DNA from: an uncultured Eubacteriales bacterium
GTDB lineage: Bacteria; Acidobacteriota; Aminicenantia; Aminicenantales; UBA8522
Direction: 5' to 3'
Length of the DNA stretch: 64,000 nucleotides
Assembly (NCBI GenBank): GCA_964558915.1
Contig: CAZLFV010000001.1
Coordinates: 76,835-140,834, forward strand
Shown: piece by piece, positions 40,346 through 50,155 of the stretch
Layout: each line of letters begins with the position of its first letter
Numbering within the stretch: the stretch's first letter is position 1
Notes under the pieces: generated by a model
Seen by the model: only the letters and a program-made list of their open reading frames with translations
Told to the model about the DNA's origin: nothing
The model's database searches: none
Made by a program: the position numbers and the translations under genes

Positions 40346-42709
40346 TCAAAACGAGGCGTGCTCAGTCCGGCGGATGATTTCCTCCTGGAGCTCAGGCCCG
40401 ATGTCGACAAAATAATCGCTGTATCCAGCAACTCTGACGATGAGGTCGCGATATCGTTCAGGGTGCTTCTGCGCTTCTCGGAGTGTATCGGCAGTTACGA
40501 CGTTAAACTGGATGTGATGGCCGTCCAGCTTGAAGTAGGACCGGACCAGGTGCGCCAGCTTCGTTATCCCCTCATCGTCAGCCAGAAGCTGGGGAGTGAA
40601 TTTCTGGTTGAGCAGCGTCCCTCCTGTGCGGAGATGGTCCATTTTGGATACAGATTTGACCACGGCTGTCGGCCCTTGCCTGTCTGCGCCTTGTACTGGG
40701 GAGACTCCTTCGGAAGCCGGCTCCGAGGCCTTGCGTCCGTCCGCGGTCGCGCCGGTAACCCTCCCGAAATAAATGTGCACGGTCGTCGGCAGAAGGTTGA
40801 TGCGGTAAGTGCCGCCTTTGGTGTTCGGCTTTCCATTCACCGCGTCGTAATAGGCTTCGAAAACAGAAACCATGACCTGATCGGCATAATCATCATCGTT
40901 TCCGTACTTCGGAGTCTTGTTGACGAGCGACTGACGCAGGGCTTCCTGTCCTTCAAAATTGTTCCGCAGGGCTTCACAGAGCTTCTCCAGACTGATATTC
41001 TCCTTGTCGAAGACATTGTATTTAATTGATGTCAAAGCGTCGGTCACCGTGCCGATCCCCACGCCCTGAATATAAGACGTATTGTATCTAGCCCCTCCGT
41101 CATGATAGTCCTTCCCCCTGGCGATGCAGTCGTCAATGAGGAGGGAAAGGAATGGAGCCGGCAGGTATTCGGAATAAATTCTTTCGACAATATTGTTGCC
41201 TTTGATCTTGATAGCGGCAAAATGATTCACCTGCCTTCGGAACGCTTCGAACAGTTCGTCGAATGAAACGAACGAAGCGGGGTCTCCGGTTTCCATACCG
41301 ATTTTTTTCCCCGTCCTCGGGTCGAGGCCGTTAAACAACGTGATTTCCAGAATTTTCGGGAGGTTGAAATAGCCTGTGAGGTTATAGTTCTCCTTGCCGA
41401 AAATCCCCGCTTCGACGCAGCCGCTGGCGCCTCCCGACCGGGCATCTTCCAAAGATTTCCCCTGCCTGAGCATCTCCTGGACAATCGCATCCGTGTTGAA
41501 GAGAGACGGCTGGCCGAATCCCGTCTTGATGATTTGAAGCGCGCGCCGCAGCAGGCTGTCGGGAGTTTTCTTGCTGACCTGGACCATGGAGCTCGGCTGA
41601 ACGAGACGCATTTCCTCGACGACGTCGAGCAAGAGGAAGGACAGCTCGTTGGTTCCGTCGGAGCCGTCCTTTTTCACTCCGCCCAGGTTGATCAGGCAAA
41701 AATCGGTGTAAGTGCTGCTTTCTTCCGCGGTCACGCCGACTTTAGGCGGTGCGGGCTGATTGTTGAACTTAATCCAGAACGCCTGGAGAAGCTCCCGAGC
41801 TGCTTCCTCTGTCAGGGTCCCGGACGCAAGGCCCTTCTTATAAAAGGGATAAAGGTGCTGGTCGAGCCTTCCTGGGTTGAATGAATCCCATGTATTGAGC
41901 TCGGTGATCACTCCGAGATGGCAAAACCAGTAGGATTGCAGAGCCTCCCAGAAATCGCGCGGCGCGTTTCTCGGGACATGGAAGCAGACATCCGCGATTT
42001 TTTCGAGCTCGGCTTTTCTGCGGGGATCTTTTTCCTTGGCGGCGAGCTCTTTCGCCTTTTCTCCATGCCGCTCGGCATACCGGATGATGGCATCGGCGGC
42101 CACGGCCATGGCCTCGAGTTCTTCTCTTTTTTTAAAGGCTTCGGGGTCGCTGCCGAAGTCGAGTTTTTCCAGGCTTGCTCGGATATCGGCCTTAAAATCG
42201 TCCATCCCTTGATAATAGATTTTATCGTCAAGAACGGTGTGACCGGGCGCTCTTTGCTCCATAAATTCAGTGAAGATTCCGGCCTCGTAAGCGTCTTTCC
42301 AGGCGGAATCCATCTCGGCAAAAATCTTCTCTCTAATGGTCTGGCCCCTCCAGAAGGGAATGATCTCGCGTTCGTAGATTTCCCGGGTTTCCTCGCTCAC
42401 CCGGAAGGATGTTTTTGGCCGGGTATTGAGAATGTCCAAGTCCTCGAGGCTGTGAGCTGTAATCTCCGGATAGGTCGGAGTGGCCTTGGGAGCCGGCCCC
42501 CGTTCGCCGACGATGAGTTCGCCCTCGTTGATAATGATGGACTTGTGCTCGAGAAGGTATTTAAAGGCCAGGGCCCTTTTCATGGGAGCAGATAAAGTCG
42601 AAGAAACGCGATCTTTATAGAACTCCGTCAGAAGAATTGCTCTTTCCGGAGTCAAAGAGGGTCTGGCTTCCAGGCTCTGTTCTCGAAGATTCTTAATCCT
42701 ATCGTTCAT
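40346..42709 (-). CDS. Glycyl radical enzyme, 1,2-eliminase/dehydratase class (candidate trans-4-hydroxy-L-proline dehydratase HypD)
   Basis: C-terminal glycine-radical motif RVAGYSDYF. Single active-site Cys in a C-x-E context (SGGASGCVEAG) as in glycerol dehydratase/CutC/HypD, unlike PFL's Cys-Cys. 787 aa. Confidence 0.85.
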   Translation of the reverse strand: MNDRIKNLREQSLEARPSLTPERAILLTEFYKDRVSSTLSAPMKRALAFKYLLEHKSIIINEGELIVGERGPAPKATPTYPEITAHSLEDLDILNTRPKTSFRVSEETREIYEREIIPFWRGQTIREKIFAEMDSAWKDAYEAGIFTEFMEQRAPGHTVLDDKIYYQGMDDFKADIRASLEKLDFGSDPEAFKKREELEAMAVAADAIIRYAERHGEKAKELAAKEKDPRRKAELEKIADVCFHVPRNAPRDFWEALQSYWFCHLGVITELNTWDSFNPGRLDQHLYPFYKKGLASGTLTEEAARELLQAFWIKFNNQPAPPKVGVTAEESSTYTDFCLINLGGVKKDGSDGTNELSFLLLDVVEEMRLVQPSSMVQVSKKTPDSLLRRALQIIKTGFGQPSLFNTDAIVQEMLRQGKSLEDARSGGASGCVEAGIFGKENYNLTGYFNLPKILEITLFNGLDPRTGKKIGMETGDPASFVSFDELFEAFRRQVNHFAAIKIKGNNIVERIYSEYLPAPFLSLLIDDCIARGKDYHDGGARYNTSYIQGVGIGTVTDALTSIKYNVFDKENISLEKLCEALRNNFEGQEALRQSLVNKTPKYGNDDDYADQVMVSVFEAYYDAVNGKPNTKGGTYRINLLPTTVHIYFGRVTGATADGRKASEPASEGVSPVQGADRQGPTAVVKSVSKMDHLRTGGTLLNQKFTPQLLADDEGITKLAHLVRSYFKLDGHHIQFNVVTADTLREAQKHPERYRDLIVRVAGYSDYFVDIGPELQEEIIRRTEHASF

Positions 42710-42712
42710 CTG

Positions 42713-43621
42713 TTATTCTCCTACATGAACCGAAAACCCGAGTGATTCGAGGTCGCTCTTTATCTTTTCTAGCTTTTCCCGGGAGGGAGGGTTGAGATGT
42801 TCCGAGGCATCCTGCTTCTGCAAGCCTTTATATTTTTCCTTTCCCATCCGATGGAACGGGAGGAGGCTGATCTCGCCGACGGTCTTGAGCGAGCGGAGAA
42901 ACTCGGCCATCTCCGAGAGATTGGCCTTGTCGTCGTTTACGCCCGGCACAACAGGCAGGCGGATGACGATTTTTTTCGCTTTTTGGGCGAGCCAGGCCAG
43001 GTTTTCAAGGATGATGGCGCTCGACTCGCCCGTGTATTTTTTATGCCTTTCCTCGTCCATCAGCTTGAGGTCGTAAAGGAAAAGGTCGACTTGATCGACA
43101 ATTTTGCCGAGAGCTTCAGCCGGAGCGAAACCGCATGTATCCACGGCTGTATGGATTCCCTTTCTTCTGCAATGCGAGAGGAGCTCAGACAGGAACTCAG
43201 GCTGAGCCAGCGGCTCTCCGCCCGAAAAGGTCACTCCGCCGCCGGATTCGTCCATGAAAATTTTATCCTTATCTATAGCGGCCATGACTTCGGAAACATC
43301 CATGCGGCGGCCGACGACCTCGACGGCCAGCGTGGGGCACGCCTCGGCGCATTTGCCGCAGGCCGTGCACTTGCTCTTGTCTAGGACCGGGATATCGGCG
43401 ACCTTGGTCAAGGCTGCTTCCTCGCAAGCCAGGAGGCATTCCGAACAGTCTTTGAGGCATCGTCCCGCCCTGACCATGAGCTCCGGGGTTACGGACTGGC
43501 CCTCAGGATTGTGGCACCAGAGGCAGCGCAAAGGGCAGCCTTTGAAGAAAACGGTCGTCCGGATCCCCGGCCCGTCATGGATCGAATATTTCCGGATATC
43601 AAAAATCAACCCTGTGGCCAT
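42713..43621 (-). CDS. Glycyl-radical enzyme activating protein with ferredoxin-like insert
   Basis: Radical SAM CPLRCLWCHNPEG, two additional Cys clusters (CLKDCSECLLAC, CTACGKCAEACP). Start moved to ATG 43621 (MATGLIFDIRKYSIHDGPGIRT). Confidence 0.85.
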   Translation of the reverse strand: MATGLIFDIRKYSIHDGPGIRTTVFFKGCPLRCLWCHNPEGQSVTPELMVRAGRCLKDCSECLLACEEAALTKVADIPVLDKSKCTACGKCAEACPTLAVEVVGRRMDVSEVMAAIDKDKIFMDESGGGVTFSGGEPLAQPEFLSELLSHCRRKGIHTAVDTCGFAPAEALGKIVDQVDLFLYDLKLMDEERHKKYTGESSAIILENLAWLAQKAKKIVIRLPVVPGVNDDKANLSEMAEFLRSLKTVGEISLLPFHRMGKEKYKGLQKQDASEHLNPPSREKLEKIKSDLESLGFSVHVGE

Positions 43622-43625
43622 TTTT

Positions 43626-44330
43626 TTAGTCTCGTCGAGACGCAGTGCTCCAGAATTCAGGCGCTCTTTTGTAGTATTGGTTGATATATTTTTCCTGGAC
43701 CTTGAAGGACCAGTGGACATCGCGGATATGGACCGCGGCCGCGGCCGCACGGCCCTGTCTGATAAGGTTCATGAGTTCCCGGTGTTCGGCGATGGAAGCG
43801 ACCTCCCATTCTTTGACGAACCCTTTCTGACGGGGGAAGTCGTAGAGTCTTTTTTTCAGAGTGCGGACAAACTTGACCAGTTTCTCATTGCCGCAGAGGT
43901 CGAGATAAACATCATGGAACCTAAGGTTTTTTTCGTAATAAGCGTCGAAATTGTCAACTTGTAGGGCCCTTTCCATGCCCTTGATATGTTTTTCCATCGA
44001 CTGGATTTCCTTTTCTCGAATCCGTTCAAACGCCAGGATGAGCGCGGTGCTTTCCAGGGCGCCGATGATCTCATAATAGTCCTTGATGTCCTGGCGGGAC
44101 AAAATGGTTACGACCACGCCGCTGCGGGGGAAAATGCTTACGAAACCCTCCATCTCGAGCTGGAGCAGAGCGTCCCGCAAAGGTGTTTTGCTCACGCCCA
44201 ACTCTTTACTGGTTTCCTTCATATCTATGGCCGAGCCGGGCAAGATCTTACCTCTGCGCATTTGGTCTCTGAGATAATCATAGACCTGTTCTTTAAGGGA
44301 TTTGAGGTTGAGAACTGGCTTCCGTTTCAT
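43626..44330 (-). CDS. GntR-family (FadR/FCD subfamily) transcriptional regulator
   Basis: N-terminal wHTH (ETSKELGVSKTPLRDALLQLEMEGFV) and a C-terminal FCD-like helical domain. Confidence 0.8.
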   Translation of the reverse strand: MKRKPVLNLKSLKEQVYDYLRDQMRRGKILPGSAIDMKETSKELGVSKTPLRDALLQLEMEGFVSIFPRSGVVVTILSRQDIKDYYEIIGALESTALILAFERIREKEIQSMEKHIKGMERALQVDNFDAYYEKNLRFHDVYLDLCGNEKLVKFVRTLKKRLYDFPRQKGFVKEWEVASIAEHRELMNLIRQGRAAAAAVHIRDVHWSFKVQEKYINQYYKRAPEFWSTASRRD

Positions 44331-44439
44331 GTTCGCCCGTCCCTGATATCTAATATATCAGATATCAGCTCTTTGTCAAGCGGAATTTGAGTTGAAATAA
44401 CTTGAGGCGATATCCTAAAATGGCGGCAGGAGAACACGA

Positions 44440-45468
44440 ATGCGAACACGCTGGAAACCGCTGTCGGACTGGACTATCCTCAAGACGATCGATGCTCATT
44501 CGGCTGGAGAGCCGCTCAGGATCATCACCGAAGGCCTCTCCCCTATTCCGGGAAGGTCCATCATCGAAAAGCGCCGGTATGCCCAGGAACATTTGGACCA
44601 TTTGCGCACCGCCCTGATGTGGGAGCCGCGCGGCCACGCGGATATGTACGGCTGTATTATTACGGAACCCGTCTCGCCGGACAGTCATATGGGAGCCCTG
44701 TTTCTCCACAACGCCGGTTTCAGCACGATGTGCGGCCACGGGATCATTGCCCTCACGACCGTCGCCTTGGAGACCGGCCTGGTTAGGGTCCGGGGAAAAA
44801 GGCCGATCCTTAAAATCGACACCCCGGCGGGACAAATCTCCGCCACGGCTAAAAAAGAGGGCCGTACCGTCAAAGAGGTATCCTTTCTGAACGTGCCCTC
44901 GTTTGTTTATGCCTTAGGTCAGACTGTTGATGTCGCCGGCTTGGGCAGAGTGAACGTGGACGTGGCTTTTGGCGGCGCTTTTTATGCTTTCTGTCGGGCC
45001 GAAGACCTTTGCGTCAGCCTCAACCCTGAAGATTTCCGTCATTTGATCAACGTGGGAATGCGGGTTAAGCAGGCCGTGATGGAGTCTCTCCCCATCCGTC
45101 ATCCTTTTGAGGAGGATCTCGGGTTTCTTTACGGGACAATTATTGTCGGCGCGGCCGAGAATCCGGCCCGTCACAGCCGCAATGTTTGTATTTTTGCCGA
45201 TGGAGAGGTGGACCGGAGCCCGACCGGAACAGGAGTAAGCGCCCGCGCCGCCCTCCATTATACCCGGGGAGAACTCAAGAAAGGCGAGACATTTGTGGTC
45301 GAGAGCATTCTTGGGACCTATTTTTCCTGCCGCGTCGTTGATGTCACCCGATTTGGACCTTATGAAGCTGTCATCCCCGAAGTGACTGGCAACGCCTTTA
45401 TTGCCGGAAGGTATGAAATCCTGATAAACCCTGAGGATCCTCTCTGCTACGGGTTTATCCTGAGGTGA
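44440..45468 (+). CDS. Proline-racemase-family enzyme with Cys/Thr catalytic pair: trans-3-hydroxy-L-proline dehydratase type
   Basis: Motif I STMCGHG (first catalytic Cys). Motif II DRSPTGTG with Thr in place of the second catalytic Cys. Confidence 0.7.
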   Translation: MRTRWKPLSDWTILKTIDAHSAGEPLRIITEGLSPIPGRSIIEKRRYAQEHLDHLRTALMWEPRGHADMYGCIITEPVSPDSHMGALFLHNAGFSTMCGHGIIALTTVALETGLVRVRGKRPILKIDTPAGQISATAKKEGRTVKEVSFLNVPSFVYALGQTVDVAGLGRVNVDVAFGGAFYAFCRAEDLCVSLNPEDFRHLINVGMRVKQAVMESLPIRHPFEEDLGFLYGTIIVGAAENPARHSRNVCIFADGEVDRSPTGTGVSARAALHYTRGELKKGETFVVESILGTYFSCRVVDVTRFGPYEAVIPEVTGNAFIAGRYEILINPEDPLCYGFILR

Positions 45469-45475
45469 TGGCGGA

Positions 45476-45910
45476 TTAATTATAAGCCTTGATGAGGGCG
45501 CTCGTTACAGTTGACTGAAGCTCCCTTTCCTCAAAAGGCTTGGTGATATAGCCGAATTGGGCCGTCCCGTTGGCTCTTTTGAGAGTGTTTTCATCGCCGA
45601 AGGCGGTGATATAAACGACCGGAACCTTATATCCATAGTAAATTTGATTGGCCGCCTCGATCCCGTCCATTCTTCCCTTCAGCCGGATGTCCATGAGTAC
45701 GAGATGGGTTTTCCCAGAAGCGACCCTTTGGATGGACTCTTCTCCCGAGAACACAACCTCTGAGTCGGAGAACCCGATTTTTCTCAAGATGCTCTGGATA
45801 TCCATGGCAATAACGGCCTCATCCTCGACGACGAGAATCTTGAAGCGGTTACTGGCAAGGGACCGGAGTCCAATAGCTTTTTCTTTGTCAGCCGGTGGAA
45901 ACTGCCACAT
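45476..45910 (-). CDS. Stand-alone response-regulator receiver (CheY-like) protein
   Basis: KILVVEDE...LVLMDIRL...ITKPF receiver motifs, with no output domain. Confidence 0.75.
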   Translation of the reverse strand: MWQFPPADKEKAIGLRSLASNRFKILVVEDEAVIAMDIQSILRKIGFSDSEVVFSGEESIQRVASGKTHLVLMDIRLKGRMDGIEAANQIYYGYKVPVVYITAFGDENTLKRANGTAQFGYITKPFEERELQSTVTSALIKAYN

Positions 45911-46066
45911 TTTTCATATCTCCAAAGATTTAGTCGCCAACTCCTTTAGGAAATTGAAAAAAAATATAAGCCAACAGCATGGTCTGCTGGTCACAGCATG
46001 ACCGCAAATTTAGTCGCAGAACTTGTCCTTCATTTGGATATCTTCTAACCTCAAGCGCCCGAGTGT

Positions 46067-46447
46067 TCACGCCGGACTTAGTTTCTTAAGCAGGAAATAC
46101 GCAAACCCGAAAGCTATCAAGAGATAGAGGAGCACGATAGACCAGCCGAGCGCATTCATCTCGCCAGACAATGTAGCCAAAAGAGCCACAACGCAGCCGA
46201 TCGCATCGTAGACTAGCAGGTGAATGCAGATAGCACGGCGCCCTTCCGATACCGCCACGTTTCGGCCGAACCATGTCAGCATGAGGTTGCCCAAAATCGC
46301 TGCGCCGTATAATCGTGCCACAAGAATTCCCCCTGTCTCCAGGGTGACGCCGAGCAACGACATCAATAGACCCGGCACCACAAGCATGGGAATCCCGACG
46401 AGGAAACACGCAACTGCCTTGATGACCATCATTGTTTTAAAACTCAT
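46067..46447 (-). CDS. Small integral membrane protein (4 predicted TM helices)
   Basis: Four hydrophobic stretches in 126 aa. No identifiable family. Confidence 0.4.
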   Translation of the reverse strand: MSFKTMMVIKAVACFLVGIPMLVVPGLLMSLLGVTLETGGILVARLYGAAILGNLMLTWFGRNVAVSEGRRAICIHLLVYDAIGCVVALLATLSGEMNALGWSIVLLYLLIAFGFAYFLLKKLSPA

Positions 46448-46461
46448 CCTTTAGAACTCCA

Positions 46462-46881
46462 TTACTTTTTCTCTGCTGGCTTCGGGTTCAGCTCCATGCC
46501 GAGCTGTAGCATCAATGGCAGTGCATCTAATTCTTCTCTTTTTTCTACAAACTTTCCATTTCTTATCCAGACCATCATAATCGAACTTACTTCAATCCTA
46601 TTTCCAGTCGGAGCGATTCCAAAATAGTTCCCTTTGTGCGTCCCCCTGAAGAGGCTCCTTGCTATAACGGTGTCTCCTGCCGCTACCATTTCCTCGATAA
46701 CCCAGATGATGTCCGGGAAGCCTTCCTTAATCTTCCTAATCTCCTCTATATTTTCCTCGCCCGACATAGGCTTGGGGCTTGACGATGGAAAGTAGTAGGC
46801 ATAGTCAGTGGCAAATGCTGCCTTCAAGTATTCGTAGTTCCCATTGTTCCATTCTTCAACCATTCTGCGGAACAGGTCCAT
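46462..46881 (-). CDS. SnoaL-like / NTF2-fold ester-cyclase family protein
   Basis: N-terminal MVEEWNNGNYEYL pattern and length typical of SnoaL-like cyclases. GAGGAG 6 nt upstream of the ATG. Confidence 0.5.
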   Translation of the reverse strand: MDLFRRMVEEWNNGNYEYLKAAFATDYAYYFPSSSPKPMSGEENIEEIRKIKEGFPDIIWVIEEMVAAGDTVIARSLFRGTHKGNYFGIAPTGNRIEVSSIMMVWIRNGKFVEKREELDALPLMLQLGMELNPKPAEKK

Positions 46882-47336
46882 ATTTTGCTCCTCAGTCTTT
46901 GCTTGAGTTCTGAACTTCTCGAGCTCTGCTTTCTCAGCCTTGTTCTGGTAGGTATAAATAAAACAGAGCAGGGGGGCAAAGAGACGACACAGAGAAGCTT
47001 TTTCATTTGCCCCTCCTTGATTTTGATGAAGTTATTAGACTTCGCTCGACCCAGCGATATCTTTACAAATATCAAGACTCTCAGAGGCAACTTCCTTTGG
47101 TGATATTTTATAATCATCATGTGGGTCAGCCCTAATTAGAATTAATTTATTATGAAAGATCCCTCCTCCAATAAATTCATTATACAAATTCACCCAAGTC
47201 ATATGCCCTTCAGCCCAGCCAGCCTCTTCCTGGCATCCTCAAACTTGGGAATACAGGTTGGCGGCTTCCCATAGGCACAGGAATTTCTAGTAACGCTCGA
47301 TGAAATTCCTTCTGAGATTTCTGAGGGATTTCTTGA

Positions 47337-49823
47337 TCATTTGTCCAGCTTCATTTTTTTCAGGAGTGCCCTGAAACGGGGATCATCCTGCACGTTATAT
47401 AAAACATACTCGGCTTTTAAAACATATAGGCTTGGGTTTCTTTGTTCATACGCCTTTTCCAGCCATTCAAAAGCTTTATCCTCCGCGCCGAGCGCCGCAT
47501 ACGCACAAGCAATCCAATAGGGATCGACATACTCTTTTTTTGCCTGCTTGAGGAGATAATTGACGATATCGAGTGCTTTGGATCTTTCACCTGCAAGGGC
47601 ATAGGCACAAGCGGCGACCGGATTATTGGGTGGCGCGCCTAACTCCACCAGCTTCTGAAATTCGACCAATGCCTCCTTAAACGAAGACTTTCCTATGTTA
47701 AGGCGGCCCAGAAGCATGTGTAAACGGTGGCTGTTGGGGAACACGTTGAGGCCTTCCTTGGCCAGGAAAATAGCTCTGTCAAACTGGCGGGCAAGCCCAA
47801 GGATGTGGATGCTGTACCCCACAGTCGTTAGGGTATGAGGGTCGACTTCCAGAGCACGCTCGGCGTGAAATACGGCTTCTTCGCTCCTTCCTTGGCCGGC
47901 CAGAAATAGACCGTATGTGATGTGGGCAAAGGCATGATTAGGATTAAGCTCGAGGGCGCGCCGGTATTCCCTCTCAGCCCCTTGCCAGTCCCAGTCATAG
48001 ATAGTCTTTATGTCTGCGAGGACGGCATGAGCGTCGGCCAGCGAATCGTCCAAGCTCAAAGCCTTCAAAGCGGCGTCCTTCGCTTTCCAAATGACTTCAT
48101 CTGGAGGCCTAACCAAAGCAGAGAAATCATATGCCCAGGCGAGACCAGCATGGGCGGGGGCAAAGCTCGCGTCAATTTTGATCGCCTGGTCGAAGTACTG
48201 AATGCTCTTCTCCAGGGCTGGCCGCCTGGCGGTAGAAAGCTGGTCCTGGTTGCCGATGATAAATGTGCCTTTGAGGTACGCCTCATAGGCCTCGAGATTG
48301 ACCTGCCGGGTGCTGGCGATGATCCTGGATTCTTCAGGCGTTAAACTGGCTTGAATCTTTTTGGCAATCGCCAGAGCTGCCTCGCTCTGCAGAGCCAGAA
48401 TATCCCGGTATTCCCCGTCGAATTGGTCTCCTCCGATGAGCTTGTCGGATTGCCCGTCGATGATCTCAAAATTGATCCTGACTTTAATACCTGAACGATT
48501 TGCCCCGCCGGCCACAAGGGCAGCGACTTTGAGTTCGGCAGCTATCTCTGAGATCTTCTTTTTTGTATCTTTATATCCCATCATCGAGCTCTTGGCGATA
48601 ACTTTTTTGATCGCCTTGATTCTCGAGAGCTGCGTGATCAACTCCTGTTGTACGCCATCGCAAAAAGATTCCTGCTCCGGGTCGCCCGAGATGTTCTGAA
48701 AGGGAAGAACGGCGATGGAATCGTAGGCCTGGCCACGCTTGGGCAATAGAAAGTCGCCGGCCAGAGCGATTAGCACGATGAGCCCACTAAGACCGGCGTA
48801 GGCGTAAATTTTTTTAATGCCGAGGATTCTGCCCTTGAAAAGACCGCCCTTTGCCCTAAGGGGCTTGAGCCCTTCAGCGATAGCCTTTAGATCTCCTAGG
48901 AACTCATCCATGCTCTGATAGCGGTCAGCAGGGTTCTTTTCTAAAGCTTTGGCGATCACACGTTCAAAGCCGGCCGGCAGGTCTTTCCTGATTTTGGCAA
49001 GCCGCTCCGGCTCACGATTCAATATCGAGTGGATTATGGATTGTTCATATTCGCCCTTAAACGGAAGCTGCCTCGTTACCATCTCATAAAGCACTACACC
49101 CAGCGACCAGATATCCGTCCGATGGTCAACACTCTGGCCCCGGGCTTGCTCCGGCGACATATAAGCTATGGTCCCCATCGTCTTGGCCTCTTTAGTGATG
49201 AGTGACTTTCCCAACGCTTTGGCCAAGCCAAAATCCATGACCTTGACCGTGCCCTCATCCGTAACCATGATGTTGCCAGGTTTGACGTCCCGATGAACGA
49301 TACCTTTCTTATGTGCTTCTCCCAGCCCCCCAGCGACCTGGATGGCAATCTTCAGCGTTTCGCCTTGATCCAAGGGTCCCTTGGATATTTTCTGCTTCAG
49401 GCTCTGCCCTTCGATATACTCCATGACGATAAAGAGTTGATTCTCTTCCTTGCCGATTTCATGGATGTCGCAGATGTGATTATGGGAGAGGGCGGCAGCA
49501 GCTTTCGCCTCCCGCACAAATCGCTCCTTGGCCTCGGGATCCGCCGTCAGCTCAGGCGGGAGAAATTTCAGGGCCACGGTGCGTTCAAGTTGAGTGTCCT
49601 CCGCTTTGTAAACAACTCCCATTCCTCCTCTTCCGATCGGCTCGATGATGCGATATTTCCCCGCCAGAAGACTGCCTCCGACGATTCCCTCCGGAGGCTT
49701 CTGGACGGTTATAGTCTTGGAGACAGCGATCTCTTGGGAGCTGCCAAGGGGTGCCGCGCAGTTTCTGCAGAACCGTGCCGTGTCAGTATTATCAGTATGA
49801 CATTTCGGGCACTTGGTGGCCAC
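47337..49823 (-). CDS. Ser/Thr protein kinase with N-terminal zinc ribbon, TM segment and C-terminal TPR repeats
   Basis: CPKCH...CRNC zinc ribbon. Hanks kinase motifs (GRGGMGVVYKA, HRDVKPGNIM, DFGLA, SPEQ). TM helix LSGLIVLIALAG, then many TPR units. Start at GTG 49823, preceded by AAGGGG. Confidence 0.85.
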   Translation of the reverse strand: MATKCPKCHTDNTDTARFCRNCAAPLGSSQEIAVSKTITVQKPPEGIVGGSLLAGKYRIIEPIGRGGMGVVYKAEDTQLERTVALKFLPPELTADPEAKERFVREAKAAAALSHNHICDIHEIGKEENQLFIVMEYIEGQSLKQKISKGPLDQGETLKIAIQVAGGLGEAHKKGIVHRDVKPGNIMVTDEGTVKVMDFGLAKALGKSLITKEAKTMGTIAYMSPEQARGQSVDHRTDIWSLGVVLYEMVTRQLPFKGEYEQSIIHSILNREPERLAKIRKDLPAGFERVIAKALEKNPADRYQSMDEFLGDLKAIAEGLKPLRAKGGLFKGRILGIKKIYAYAGLSGLIVLIALAGDFLLPKRGQAYDSIAVLPFQNISGDPEQESFCDGVQQELITQLSRIKAIKKVIAKSSMMGYKDTKKKISEIAAELKVAALVAGGANRSGIKVRINFEIIDGQSDKLIGGDQFDGEYRDILALQSEAALAIAKKIQASLTPEESRIIASTRQVNLEAYEAYLKGTFIIGNQDQLSTARRPALEKSIQYFDQAIKIDASFAPAHAGLAWAYDFSALVRPPDEVIWKAKDAALKALSLDDSLADAHAVLADIKTIYDWDWQGAEREYRRALELNPNHAFAHITYGLFLAGQGRSEEAVFHAERALEVDPHTLTTVGYSIHILGLARQFDRAIFLAKEGLNVFPNSHRLHMLLGRLNIGKSSFKEALVEFQKLVELGAPPNNPVAACAYALAGERSKALDIVNYLLKQAKKEYVDPYWIACAYAALGAEDKAFEWLEKAYEQRNPSLYVLKAEYVLYNVQDDPRFRALLKKMKLDK

Positions 49824-50012
49824 TGTTGACCCCTTGATAGCTTGGTCAAAGAATAGCACCCAATCAGAAAAGAGTCAAATAGGATGACTGCAAACCCCTC
49901 TCCGTGTCACCATTTTGTCACCAGAAAATGCCTAATTCCAGCTAAGGGAGCATAAAAAGATAAAGAAGCAAAGAGTCTGTGTTTTCCAGGGAATTTTCTT
50001 GGGAAGAAGGGG

Positions 50013-50089
<77 letters not shown>

Positions 50090-50100
50090 GTACCGCAGTT

Positions 50101-50128
50101 ATTATAACAGAACCACTTTGTTTGTCAA
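50101..50128 (-). promoter_or_regulatory. Consensus sigma70 promoter for tRNA-fMet (TTGACA-16-TATAAT on minus strand)
   Basis: +strand TGTCAA at 50123-50128 and ATTATA at 50101-50106. -10 lies 11 nt upstream of the mature tRNA 5' end. Confidence 0.55.
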
Positions 50129-50155
50129 AACGTAAATTTCCTTCCTAAAATTTTA

